The notes below the pieces were generated by a model. The model saw only the letters and a program-made list of their open reading frames with translations, made no database searches and was not told the DNA's origin. Of a stretch of 64,000 bases of DNA, positions 31,204-40,808 are shown piece after piece. Both the position numbers and the translations under genes were made by a program. This DNA is from Longimicrobiales bacterium. GTDB taxonomy: Bacteria; Gemmatimonadota; Gemmatimonadetes; Longimicrobiales; Gaopeijiaceae. Within the stretch, counting starts at the first letter, position 1; the number at the start of each line of letters is the position of its first letter. Where the stretch lies: NCBI GenBank assembly GCA_965219445.1, contig CBDCNQ010000005.1:768001-832000 (forward strand), given 5' to 3'.

Positions 31204-34177
31204 AGACCTCCTCAAGGTCTCCGCCCTCGCGAGTGGGGCCACCGTCGTCAACGCGTTGGGCTTCAACTTGAAGCCCGCGTACGCGGCCGCCCGCGAGCTC
31301 AAGATCTCCAACGCCCGCGAATTCAAGACGGTGTGCCCATACTGCGCCGTCGGGTGCGGGGCGATCGCGTACGTCCACGGGAGCGGCGGCCTCAACACGG
31401 TGAACTCCATCATCCACGTGGAGGGAGATGCGGACAGCCCCATCAACGGTGGGACACTGTGCCCGAAGGGGGCCGCCCAGATGCAGCTCGCCATGAGCCC
31501 GCGCCTCGAGAAGGGCCCCAAATACCGTGAGGCGGGCGCTTCGGAGTGGACCGATGTCACCTGGGACTTCGCGATGGACTGGTTCGCCAGGAAGTTCAAG
31601 GATTCGCGAGACGCCTCGTTCGTGGAGCGGGACGAGGAGGGCCGAACGGTCAACCGCTGCGAGGGCATCGGCTGGGTGGGAAGCGCCACGGTGGCCAACG
31701 AGGACGCCTACTTCATCACCAAGACGATGCGCGCCATGGGGTTGGTCTACATCGATCACCAGGCCCGGATATGACACAGCCCCACAGTGGCCAGTTTGGC
31801 CGCAACGTTCGGGCGGGGCGCCATGACGAACCACTGGACGGACATCAAGAACACCGACGTGGTGCTGGTCATGGGCGCCAACCCGGCGGAGAACCACCCC
31901 TGCGGGTTCAAGTGGGCGCTCGAGGCCAGGGATGAGCGCGGCGCCCGGATCATAACGGTCGACCCCCGTTATACCCGCACCTCCGCCGTCGCCGATCATC
32001 ACCTGCAAATTCGCCCTGGCTCCGACATCGCGGTCCTGGGCGGGATGATTCACAAGGTCCTCGACGAAGGGCTCTTCCACGAGGAGTACGTCCGGCTGCA
32101 CACCAACGCCTCGTTCATCGTGGAAGAGGGCTTCGGATTCGAGAATGGTCTTTTCGCGGGATTCGACCAGGCCCAGGGCGCCTACGACCGGACGGCCTGG
32201 GAGTATGAGCGCGGCTCGGACGGCTTCGTGCGGCGGGACATGACCCTCCAGGACCCGCGCTGCGTCTTCCAGCTCATGAAGAGCCACTACAGCCGCTATA
32301 CGCCCGAGGTGGTCGCGCAGATCGCGGGATGCTCCGCCGAGCAGTTCCTCGCCATGGCGGAGATCGTATGCTCGACGGGGACGGCCGACCGGGTCGGCAC
32401 GATCATGTACGCCGTGGGCTGGACCATGCACACCGTCGGGAGCCAGATCATCCGCACCGCGGCGATCCTCCAGCTCATCCTCGGCAACATCGGCCGGCCG
32501 GGAGGGGGTATCAACGCGCTCAGGGGTCACGCCAACGTGCAGGGCGCAACGGACCACGCCATCGTCGCCGGCATTCTTCCCGGCTACCTGAGTGTGCCTG
32601 TTCCGGATCAGACGTCTCTGGCGAGCCATCTCACGGAGTCCACGCCGAGACCGCTGGTGCCCGACACCGTCAACTACTGGGGCAACTATCCCAAGTTCAT
32701 GATCTCCCAGCTCAAGGCGTGGTTCGGCGATACGGTCGGGCCCCAGAATGAGTTCGGATATCACTACCTGGGCAAGCCAGGGGGCGACGCAACGTGGCTC
32801 TCCATGTGGGACCAGGCGCATAAGGGAAGGCTCGAGGGGCTCGTGGCCTTGGGCTTCAATCCGCTCCTGGCCGGACCGGATGTGCCCCGCCTCCTGAGAG
32901 CCATGGCGAACCTGCAGTGGAAGGTGGTCATCGATCCGTTCATGCTGGATTCCGCGGAGTTCTGGCGGGCCCCGGACGTCGATCCCGCCGAGATCCAGAC
33001 CGAGGTGCTCTACCTTCCGGCCACGCACTGGGTCGAGCGGGCGGGATCCTTCACCAACTCGGGCCGCTGGGCCCAGTGGAAGGAGCAAGCCATCGACGCA
33101 CCGGACGGGGTCCGCTCCGACACCTGGATCCTCTCCGAGCTCTTCTGGCGCGTGCGGGAGCTGTACGAAGCCGAGGGTGGCGCCTACCACGAGCCGATCC
33201 TCAACCTCCAGTGGAACTACCTGAACCAGCGGGAGCCACGCCTGGAGGAGTTGGCACAGGAGATCAACGGGTCCGACCTCCGGACGGGCGAGCTCCTCTC
33301 GTCCTTCGGCCAACTCCGCGACGACGGCACGACCACGTCGGGAAACTGGCTCTACACGGGCAGCTTCACGGAAGAGGGGAACATGATGGCTCGGCGCGGG
33401 ACCGACGACCCCTCCGGCATGGGCTTTCATCACGACTGGGCGTTCAGCTGGCCCGCGAACCGGCGTGTGCTCTACAACCGGGCTTCGGCCGACGGGGAGG
33501 GCAGACCGTGGGATGTCAGCCGGTCGGGAATCCGATGGACGGGAGAGCGGTGGATCGGCGACGTCCCCGACTACGGCCCGACCACGCCGCCCGATCAAGC
33601 GGGCGCGTTCATCATGACCGAGGAGGGTGTGGCTCGGCTGTTCACGACCTATCTGGTGGACGGACCGTTCTCCGAACACTACGAGCCGGTGGAGAGTCCC
33701 ACGCCCAACATCCTGCACGATGATGTTCCGACCAACCCGCTGATCCATTGGTACGACGGTGTCCAGGAGACTCTCGCCAACGGCACGGACGACTACCCGT
33801 ACGCGTGCACGGTCTACCGCGTCGTGGAACGCGAGCATTTCGTCACATCCCACGTCCCGTACCTCGTTGAGTTGATGCCGGACTTCTTCGTCGAAGTCCC
33901 CTATGGTCTCGCCGAGGAGAAAGGGATCGAGAACGGCGAGCGGGTCCGCGTGTGGTCCAAGCGCGGTGAGGTGGAGGGAGTGGCCGTGGTCACGAAACGG
34001 ATCAAGCCCCTCACCGTAAACGGCCAGACGTGCTGGACCGTAGGCATCCCAGTGCACTGGGGGTTCAAAGGGATCACTACGGGCGCCATGGCCAACAACC
34101 TCACGCCCTTCGTCGGCGACGCCAACACGAGCTGCCCTGAGTTCAAGGCCTTCCTCGTGAACATGGAGAAAGCCTGA
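31181..34177 (+). CDS. fdnG: Formate dehydrogenase-N/O alpha subunit, selenocysteine-containing (UGA 31772-31774), Tat-exported
   Basis: Tat motif SRRDLLK; CPYCAVGC...LCPKG [4Fe-4S]; [28 protein letters not shown] matches the FdnG/FdoG Sec site; ORFs 31181-31774 and 31787-34177 are in the same frame; ALRGHANVQG. Confidence 0.96.
31775..31806 (+). promoter_or_regulatory. Bacterial SECIS-like hairpin
   Basis: GTGGCCA-GTT-TGGCCGC stem-loop (31787-31803) with a loop G 20 nt after the UGA. Confidence 0.75.
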
Positions 34178-35217
34178 TGGCCCCGGACGAAGGCATGCTG
34201 ACCCAGGGCGCGCAGGCCTCTCAGGGCGGCCTCCGCGTCAGGCGGATCTCAGCTACACCAGGCCACTCGCTCGAGCGAGGGCCCGACGGCGCGCCCGCTC
34301 CCCGAACGGGACCCGAGTACGCAAAGCTCATCGACATCTCGCGCTGTATCGGCTGCAAGGGGTGCGAGGTGGCGTGTAAGGAGTGGAACGAATTAGGTGT
34401 GGAGCCCACGGAGAACTTCGGGAGCATGCAGAGCCACCGTGACCTCGGCCCGGACACGTGGCTCCTCATGCGCTTCAACGAGATCGAGGTCGCGGATGAC
34501 CTCCAGTGGCTGATCAAGAAGGACGCCTGCCTTCACTGCGAGGAGCCCGGTTGCTTGTACGCGTGCCCGGCTCCGGGGGCCATCGTCCAGTACGAGAACG
34601 GGATCGTCGACTTCAACCAGGAACAGTGCATCGGCTGTCAGCTGTGCGTATCGGGTTGCCCCTTCGACATCCCCCGGTTCAATCCGGACACCAAGAAAGT
34701 CTACAAGTGCAACATGTGCGTCGATCGGGTCGAGGCTGGTCTGGAGCCGGCGTGTGTGAAGACCTGCCCCACGAACGCCATCTCCTGGGGCACGAAAGAG
34801 GACATGGTCAGGCTGGCGGAGAAAAAGGTGGAGGGTCTGCAAGGGCGGGGCTTCGAGAACGCCACCCTCTACGACCCAGCCGGCGTGGGCGGCACGCACA
34901 TGATGTACGTAGTGCCGCACGGGGACCAGCTCGACGAGTACGATCTACCGGCTGATCCCACGGCCGCCCCGGGAGCCCTCGCCGCCCTAGGGGGCCTACG
35001 GCAGCTCGGCGCCTCCGCGCTCGGCCTCGGACTCCTGGCCACTGCGCTCCACTACCTTGGATTCGGACCCCAGGAGCCCGAAGCGGAGGCGGTCGGGTCG
35101 GGCGACGGCGCTGGGATGTCTGGGCCAGCACCCGTAGGCGGCGGAGCGGGTGCCAGAGCGGGCGGCGGGGTGGGGCCGACGGCAACCGGCGAAGCCGACA
35201 GAAGCACCGACGCATGA
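34177..35217 (+). CDS. fdnH: Formate dehydrogenase iron-sulfur beta subunit
   Basis: CIGCKGCEVAC, CLHCEEPGCLYACP, CIGCQLCVSGCP, KCNMC..PACVKTCP; GVGGTHMMYV; C-terminal TM anchor. Confidence 0.95.
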   Translation: MAPDEGMLTQGAQASQGGLRVRRISATPGHSLERGPDGAPAPRTGPEYAKLIDISRCIGCKGCEVACKEWNELGVEPTENFGSMQSHRDLGPDTWLLMRFNEIEVADDLQWLIKKDACLHCEEPGCLYACPAPGAIVQYENGIVDFNQEQCIGCQLCVSGCPFDIPRFNPDTKKVYKCNMCVDRVEAGLEPACVKTCPTNAISWGTKEDMVRLAEKKVEGLQGRGFENATLYDPAGVGGTHMMYVVPHGDQLDEYDLPADPTAAPGALAALGGLRQLGASALGLGLLATALHYLGFGPQEPEAEAVGSGDGAGMSGPAPVGGGAGARAGGGVGPTATGEADRSTDA

Positions 35218-35849
35218 ACGACCGCGGTGAACTTCAGCGGTTCACATACGCCGAAAGGGTCATGCACTGGATGGCGGGCCTCTCCTTCGTGTTTCTCCTG
35301 TTCACCGGGCTGGCCTTCTCTCACCCACGGCTCTATTGGATCACTAGCCTGGTCGGCGGCGGATCGACGGCTCGAGTCCTTCACCCGTGGATGGGCGTCC
35401 TCTTCACCGGCTCGATGGCGGTCATGTTCCTCATGTGGGCCAAGGACATGGCGGTGCACGACCGCGATCGGGCATGGCTTAAGGCCGTGAAACACTATGC
35501 TGTCCACGACAAAGACAACGTGCCTCCGGCGGGCAAGTACAACGGTGGTCAGAAGCTGTTCTTCTGGTCGATGGCCCTTCTCGGCATCGCCTACGTTGTG
35601 ACCGGGATTCCCATGTGGATGCCCGGCGGTGCCCTGGGCCTGGGCCCATTCTACGGAGGCGTGGTGAACGCCATGCGCTTGGTCCATTACCTCTCCACCG
35701 TGGCCGGCGGCCTGCTCTTGATCGTGCACGTCTACCTCGGGACCATCGCTTATCCGGGGACGCTCGGCGGGATGCTTCACGGATCCGTGTCGCGCGCGTG
35801 GGCCAAGCTCCACCACCCCCTCTGGCAGAAGGAGCGATCCGGGCCCTGA
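35214..35849 (+). CDS. fdnI: Formate dehydrogenase cytochrome b556 gamma subunit
   Basis: ERVMHW, RVLHPW, GKYNGGQKLFFW, RLVH..IVHVY, WAKLHHPLW. Confidence 0.95.
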   Translation: MNDRGELQRFTYAERVMHWMAGLSFVFLLFTGLAFSHPRLYWITSLVGGGSTARVLHPWMGVLFTGSMAVMFLMWAKDMAVHDRDRAWLKAVKHYAVHDKDNVPPAGKYNGGQKLFFWSMALLGIAYVVTGIPMWMPGGALGLGPFYGGVVNAMRLVHYLSTVAGGLLLIVHVYLGTIAYPGTLGGMLHGSVSRAWAKLHHPLWQKERSGP

Positions 35850-35888
35850 GCCCCGACGGCTCTGGCACCATGGGCAGGCTCTAGACCT

Positions 35889-36758
35889 ATGGGCAGCCCC
35901 CAAGTGGGGAATCCCTGGAGTGCCCGTCGCGCCCGGGCCATCGATCTTGTCGACCGTGCTCCCCATGCGGAGGAGATGCTCACGTTCTACGTGGCACTCA
36001 CCGAGGCGCAGGAGAGCGTAGCCGAGCTTGTGCCGGTAGCGGACTGGCTGGGGCTCGTTCGGTCACACGAGGGCGACTTTCCATGGCTCCGCGTGGAAAG
36101 GCTTCCCCTCGATGAACTCGCCCTCTCCTTCGGCGATTTCCTCTCCAAGGTCGCGGAGTTCGGAAACGAGACGATCAAGGATGGCGCCCGGGTGCTGCTC
36201 TCCCAAGACGATGACCGGCGGCTCGAGCCGCTTCGCGCGGCGCTTGCCGCCTGGAGGAAGGGAGAGGGAGAGGGAGAGGGAGAAACAAAGACTGAGACAG
36301 AGGCGGACGAATTCTTCTTTTACGCCCGTGCCTTCCTCGAGGCCGTAGTGACGTCAATCGCCAAGACGGACTCGAGTCAGCCCACGGACTGGAAGCAGAA
36401 CGTATGCTTTGCATGCGGCAGCACACCCCAGGTGGCGGTACTCCGAGATCTCCCCGACGCCGTCGGTCAGCGCAGTCTGATGTGCTCCATGTGCGGGACC
36501 GAGTGGCGCTTTCAACGCCTCACGTGTCCTCACTGCGGTGAGATCGAGGCGGACAAGCTTCCGGTGCATACAGCGGAGTCCATTGCCCACGTCCGGGTCG
36601 ACGCGTGCACGACGTGCTCCCGGTATATCAAGACGGTGGACCTAAGGGAGAAGGGTGACGCCATACCGCTGGTCGATGAACTGGCCGCGGTGGAGCTGGA
36701 TCTCTGGGCGCAGGAGCAAGGACTGACGAAGCTTCGGGCGAACGTGCTGGGACTGTAG
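35889..36758 (+). CDS. fdhE: Formate dehydrogenase maturation protein FdhE
   Basis: CFACG, CSMCGTEW, CPHCG, CTTCSRYIK, DELAAVELD. Confidence 0.93.
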   Translation: MGSPQVGNPWSARRARAIDLVDRAPHAEEMLTFYVALTEAQESVAELVPVADWLGLVRSHEGDFPWLRVERLPLDELALSFGDFLSKVAEFGNETIKDGARVLLSQDDDRRLEPLRAALAAWRKGEGEGEGETKTETEADEFFFYARAFLEAVVTSIAKTDSSQPTDWKQNVCFACGSTPQVAVLRDLPDAVGQRSLMCSMCGTEWRFQRLTCPHCGEIEADKLPVHTAESIAHVRVDACTTCSRYIKTVDLREKGDAIPLVDELAAVELDLWAQEQGLTKLRANVLGL

Positions 36759-36885
36759 GGCTCACGCGCTCGTTGCCCTTACAGACACCCGGCGGACTTA
36801 AGCATTCCGCATCACATAGATCGTCCAACCCACGTCGAATCGCGCTCCCAAATGTGTCCATGTCTGGATGGGACAGATTTCCGGC

Positions 36886-37323
36886 TCAACGGCAATCCTC
36901 CGCATCCACCACCCTGAACCCTTCCAACCGCGCAGCCTCAGCAAGGCGGGCATCACGTGTACAGAAGGGGTGCCCACTGGGTCGGTCATCCGCCCAGACC
37001 ATGGCCGCCCCGATCTGCAGGGCGTCTGCCGCCCGTAAGGGATGGCGGAGTAGGATGCGACCGGCGTGCTCGCGTACCCCGTCCGTGGGAAGCACCTCAG
37101 TCCACGACGAAGCGAGCGTCTGTAGAAGGCTCCGCGCCACATCCACTTCCCGGTTGGAAAGGACACCGTCCCGCCCCACACGCGCCAGCGACGAGGCGCA
37201 CTCGACCGGTGTCCCCCACCAGACGACCATGGCCGGATCGCGCTCCAAGGCGGCTCGCAACGGGGCCGTCGTCGGCTCGTCGATGATCAGCGGGATCAAC
37301 GCTGAGGTATCCCAGAAGATCAC
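36886..37323 (-). CDS. vapC: Type II toxin, VapC/PIN domain
   Basis: FWDTSALIP, VECASSL, LRAADALQIGAA, FCTRDARLAEAA. Confidence 0.92.
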   Translation of the reverse strand: MIFWDTSALIPLIIDEPTTAPLRAALERDPAMVVWWGTPVECASSLARVGRDGVLSNREVDVARSLLQTLASSWTEVLPTDGVREHAGRILLRHPLRAADALQIGAAMVWADDRPSGHPFCTRDARLAEAARLEGFRVVDAEDCR

Positions 37324-37607
37324 CAGCCTTCAGCCCGCTCCTCCAAGGCGGCCGCCCCGCACCGGCCGGAGGGATCCTTCGGCCGAGCCCGACCCCAGAA
37401 ATCGTCGGGGAGCGCGGCGCTGGGTGGCCGAACCAATCCCTGTTCTATGAGCGCCTCCATGGCGCTCTCATACTCGCCTTTGGGCAGGGGCGTGACGATG
37501 GCCACAGGGGACCCTCGGTCGGTAACCACGAGCGTGTCGCCGCTCCGAACTCGACGGAGGAACTCGGAGAGCCGAGCCTTGAGGACTGACACTGAAACGG
37601 TAGCCAT
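37320..37607 (-). CDS. Type II antitoxin, Phd/YefM family
   Basis: VSVSVLKARLSEFLRRVRSGDTLVVTDRGSPVA; GTGA overlap with the toxin gene. Confidence 0.92.
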   Translation of the reverse strand: MATVSVSVLKARLSEFLRRVRSGDTLVVTDRGSPVAIVTPLPKGEYESAMEALIEQGLVRPPSAALPDDFWGRARPKDPSGRCGAAALEERAEGW

Positions 37608-37647
37608 ATGACTAAGATAGTCATAATAATATGATCAGACTAGTTAT
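37607..37647 (-). promoter_or_regulatory. TA autoregulatory operator palindromes with a probable leaderless promoter
   Basis: TATGACTA-AGA-TAGTCATA (37607-37625) and degenerate ATGATCA-GAC-TAGTTAT (37631-37647); minus-strand TATCTT lies 6 nt before the ATG; no SD. Confidence 0.65.
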
Positions 37648-37826
37648 CATCGCGCGACTCGGGCCGGTGATTCGTTCCGGAGCCGAAATAGCGGCCGGCC
37701 GCAACGTGGGTGGCCAGGTCGTCAACACGGAGCCGTCCACTTGTTTTTGCGTCGTATGCGGAGCATTGTGGCGGTTGAGTATCTTCCTGCTCGGCAGGCA
37801 TCACCCCCTCCCGTGAAGGAGAAGCC

Positions 37827-39011
37827 ATGACCAGCCCGATGAATTTCGACGTCACCCGGCGTGAGCTACTGCGGCGAGGAGGGCTGGTCACGGTTGGACT
37901 TGCCGTAACTCCGGTGGCTGGTTGGCCGGCCACCTGGTTCTCGCAGGAGTTCAGGGTGGTGCCGTTCACGGACGTGCCTGAGGACTTTACGGGGCTTCGA
38001 GGGGGGGCAGGCGGCGGGTTCCCCGGTCAGAACCTAGCCGCCCAGGACTTGAGGCAACTCTCTGAACGGGTGACTCCCACCGAGGACTTCTTCGCCGTCG
38101 CCCATTACGGGTATCCCGAGTTGGACGCCGCCTCCTACCGCCTCCGGGTCACCGGCCTTGTCGAGCGGCCGCTCACCCTGACACTCGACCAGCTCAAGGC
38201 GCGGCCGAGAGTCGAGCTCAATCCCGTATTCGAATGCTCCGGAAATTCGCGAGGACGGTTCCACGGCATGGTGGGCAACGCCATCTGGGCCGGAACGGCG
38301 CTCATGCCACTGCTCGCCGAAGCAGGGCCGACGGCCGATTCGAGGGAGGCCTATTTTTGGGGTGCCGACACAGGAATGGAGGAAATTCGAGGCGCCGAGT
38401 ACGAACAGAATTTCGCTCGCTCCATGTCACTCGACCACGTGACGGAAACGGGCCCGATCCTTGCCTACGAGATGAACGGCGAGCCTCTGACCGTGGTCCA
38501 CGGCTTTCCGGTGCGCCTCATTGTTCCCGGCTGGTACGGAGTCTGCCAGGTCAAATGGCTCCAGAGGATCGAGTTGAGCGCCGATCGTCTCATGACACGC
38601 TTTATGGCCAAGGACTACGTCACGCTCATGGGCCGGGAGACGGACGGAGGGACCGAGTGGGTGGAGACGTCGGTTACGCACCAGAGGGTCAAGTCGGTAG
38701 TCGCGAGGGTGACTCGCTCCAACAACCAGTTCAGGGTATTCGGCGTGGCTTGGAGCGACGGAACGCCACTGGATAGGGTCGAGGTCCGGATTGACGACGG
38801 AGCTTGGCGTGCTGCCACACTGGATCGACCGGACGATCCTCATTCATGGACGTTCTTCACGCTCGATACCCAGGGACTCGAACCAGGCGAGCACACGGTG
38901 GTTTCACGCGCCATCGATGAGGACGGCCGTACGCAACCGGTGGACCTCAGCATGAAGATGACCCGTTGGGAGAACAACGAGCTGTTTGTGCGTACCATAC
39001 AGGTGTCCTAA
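37827..39011 (+). CDS. Sulfite oxidase family molybdoenzyme (SorT/SoxC-like), Tat-exported
   Basis: AAGGAG RBS; TRRELLRR; FECSGNSR Mo-ligand Cys; LAYEMNGEPLTVVHGFPVRLIVPGWYG; C-terminal dimerisation domain. Confidence 0.88.
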   Translation: MTSPMNFDVTRRELLRRGGLVTVGLAVTPVAGWPATWFSQEFRVVPFTDVPEDFTGLRGGAGGGFPGQNLAAQDLRQLSERVTPTEDFFAVAHYGYPELDAASYRLRVTGLVERPLTLTLDQLKARPRVELNPVFECSGNSRGRFHGMVGNAIWAGTALMPLLAEAGPTADSREAYFWGADTGMEEIRGAEYEQNFARSMSLDHVTETGPILAYEMNGEPLTVVHGFPVRLIVPGWYGVCQVKWLQRIELSADRLMTRFMAKDYVTLMGRETDGGTEWVETSVTHQRVKSVVARVTRSNNQFRVFGVAWSDGTPLDRVEVRIDDGAWRAATLDRPDDPHSWTFFTLDTQGLEPGEHTVVSRAIDEDGRTQPVDLSMKMTRWENNELFVRTIQVS

Positions 39012-39074
39012 CCGCGGCTCATTCGATTGGGCTCGAAGGCCTGATCACCGCTGCGGTGTCCTGAGGGGATTCCA

Positions 39075-40076
39075 ATGAAGAGACTGAGACTCGCGGGCAT
39101 GTTGGTCCCCCTCCTCGTGGCGGCTGCCTGCGGGGCGCCAGATCAACCGGCCACCTCCGGCGCCGGGGTCATCCTGCGCGTCGACCCGCGTTTCGACGCG
39201 CTCGTTCCCATTGACGCTCGAATCGAGAAATTGGCCGACGGGTTCGTCTTCACCGAAGGGCCGGTTTGGATCCGGGACGAATCGCGGCTCCTGTTCTCCG
39301 ACGTGCGGGCCAACGTCCTCTATCAGTGGACCGAGGCGGAGGGGGCGAGCCCCTTGATCGACCCGGTGTTCGAGGGCGACCTCGCTGGCCGTGGGTCAGT
39401 CAGCTCCAACGGTCTGACGCTCGACGCGGAGGGTCGACTCATTATCTGCGAGCACGGAAATCGCCTCATCTCACGGCTCGAGCGAGATGGCACGCGCACA
39501 ACGATCGTCGACAACTACCAGGGAAGACGGCTGAACAGCCCTAACGACGCCGTCTACAGCACGGACGGTTGGCTGTATTTCACCGATCCCCCCTATGGGC
39601 TGGAGGGCCAAGACGAGTCGCCGTTGCGAGAGCTCGATTTCAACGGCATCTACCGGCTGTCTCCCGACGGCGAACTCGAGCTGCTTTTTGCGGATCAGAC
39701 CCGCCCGAACGGTATCGCCCTCTCGCCCGATGAGAGGACGCTCTACGTGGCAAACTCCGATGCGAACGACAAGGTCTGGTACGCCTATGACGTGGGCGAT
39801 GACGGTCTGTCGAACCCGCGCGTGTTCTACGACGTGAACGATCAGACGGCGCCGGGGGGCGCGGATGGCATGACCATCGACCTCGATGGGCACCTCTTCG
39901 CGACGGGGCCGGGCGGGGTCTGGGTGTTCGCGCCCGACGGCACACACCTGGGCACCATCCAACTCGATGAGGTGGTGGCTAACGCCGGCTGGGGCGATGA
40001 CGGGCGCACGCTCTACATGACCGCGAGCACGGGTCTGTATCGAATTCGCCTGACTACGGAAGGGGCGATTCTGTAG
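39075..40076 (+). CDS. SMP-30/gluconolactonase family lipoprotein
   Basis: Lipobox VAAAC; FTEGPVW, SNGL, LNSPND, YFTDPPYG, PNGIALSPD, GADGM. Confidence 0.92.
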   Translation: MKRLRLAGMLVPLLVAAACGAPDQPATSGAGVILRVDPRFDALVPIDARIEKLADGFVFTEGPVWIRDESRLLFSDVRANVLYQWTEAEGASPLIDPVFEGDLAGRGSVSSNGLTLDAEGRLIICEHGNRLISRLERDGTRTTIVDNYQGRRLNSPNDAVYSTDGWLYFTDPPYGLEGQDESPLRELDFNGIYRLSPDGELELLFADQTRPNGIALSPDERTLYVANSDANDKVWYAYDVGDDGLSNPRVFYDVNDQTAPGGADGMTIDLDGHLFATGPGGVWVFAPDGTHLGTIQLDEVVANAGWGDDGRTLYMTASTGLYRIRLTTEGAIL

Positions 40077-40117
40077 AAGGCCGAGCCGACTCCCCTGATC
40101 CCCCCCCGAGGCCTGAG

Positions 40118-40776
40118 ATGATCCGCGCGGTAACCCTTACTGTCGCTCTGCTCAGCCTCTTCACGGCCCCCGCCGCCGCGCAGGACTTCCCACTCGCCTC
40201 CCCCGAGGAGGTCGGACTTTCGTCCGAGCGCCTCCAGCGAATCGACGACGTTTTCCGTAGCTACGCCGAGGAGGGTCGCATCGGGGGGGCGACCGCTTCT
40301 CCCGCAGCTATGGACACGAGGGGGCGGAACGGACCCTCACGCTCGGTGACACGCTCCGCTTCACGCGGCCCCCCACGATGTTCTCCGGGGGCGGTGGACT
40401 CGTCTCCACCGCGCACGACTATGCCAGGTTCGCCCAGATGCTGCTCAATGGAGGGGAATTGGACGGGGCTCGGATCCTCGGTCGGAAGACGATCGAGCTG
40501 ATGACCGTCGATCACCTGCCAGACGGGGTTCCCACCGAATTCTTATCACCCGGATGGGGCTTCGGGCTCGGCTTCACTGTGAAAAACGAGGCGGGCATGG
40601 ACGGAATGCCCGGATCGGTGGGGAACTATTACTGGTACGGCGTGCAGGGGACGTCCTTCTGGGTCGATCCCGAGGAAGACCTCATCGGTATCTTCATGAT
40701 TCAGATTCGGCCGAATCGTGACATCACGTTCCGCCGGCAGTTCAAGCGGCTGGTGTATCAGGCGGTGATCAACTAG
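40118..40776 (+). pseudogene. Serine hydrolase (beta-lactamase family) with a large internal deletion
   Basis: Signal plus PEEVGLSSERLQRI N-terminus joins, out of frame at the G7 run (40283-40289), to the C-terminal part DRFSRSY..SGGGGLVSTAHDY..YYWYG..FWVDP. No SxxK segment. Confidence 0.8.
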
Positions 40777-40808
40777 CCGCCTCTGGGGGGGGGTCTACCG
40801 GAGCGGGT

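Noticed and set aside
31772..31774. Nonsense mutation making fdnG a pseudogene
   Set aside because: The TGA sits exactly at the conserved Sec position and is followed by a SECIS-like hairpin.
31001..34057. 1018-aa minus-strand ORF
   Set aside because: Antisense shadow of fdnG caused by GC-rich codon bias; no motifs. The same applies to 18957-20861, 57122-58798, 14446-15780 and similar long shadow ORFs.
36260..36283. (GGGAGA)4 microsatellite in fdhE as a phase-variation switch
   Set aside because: The 6-nt unit preserves frame and only encodes a GEGEGEGE loop.
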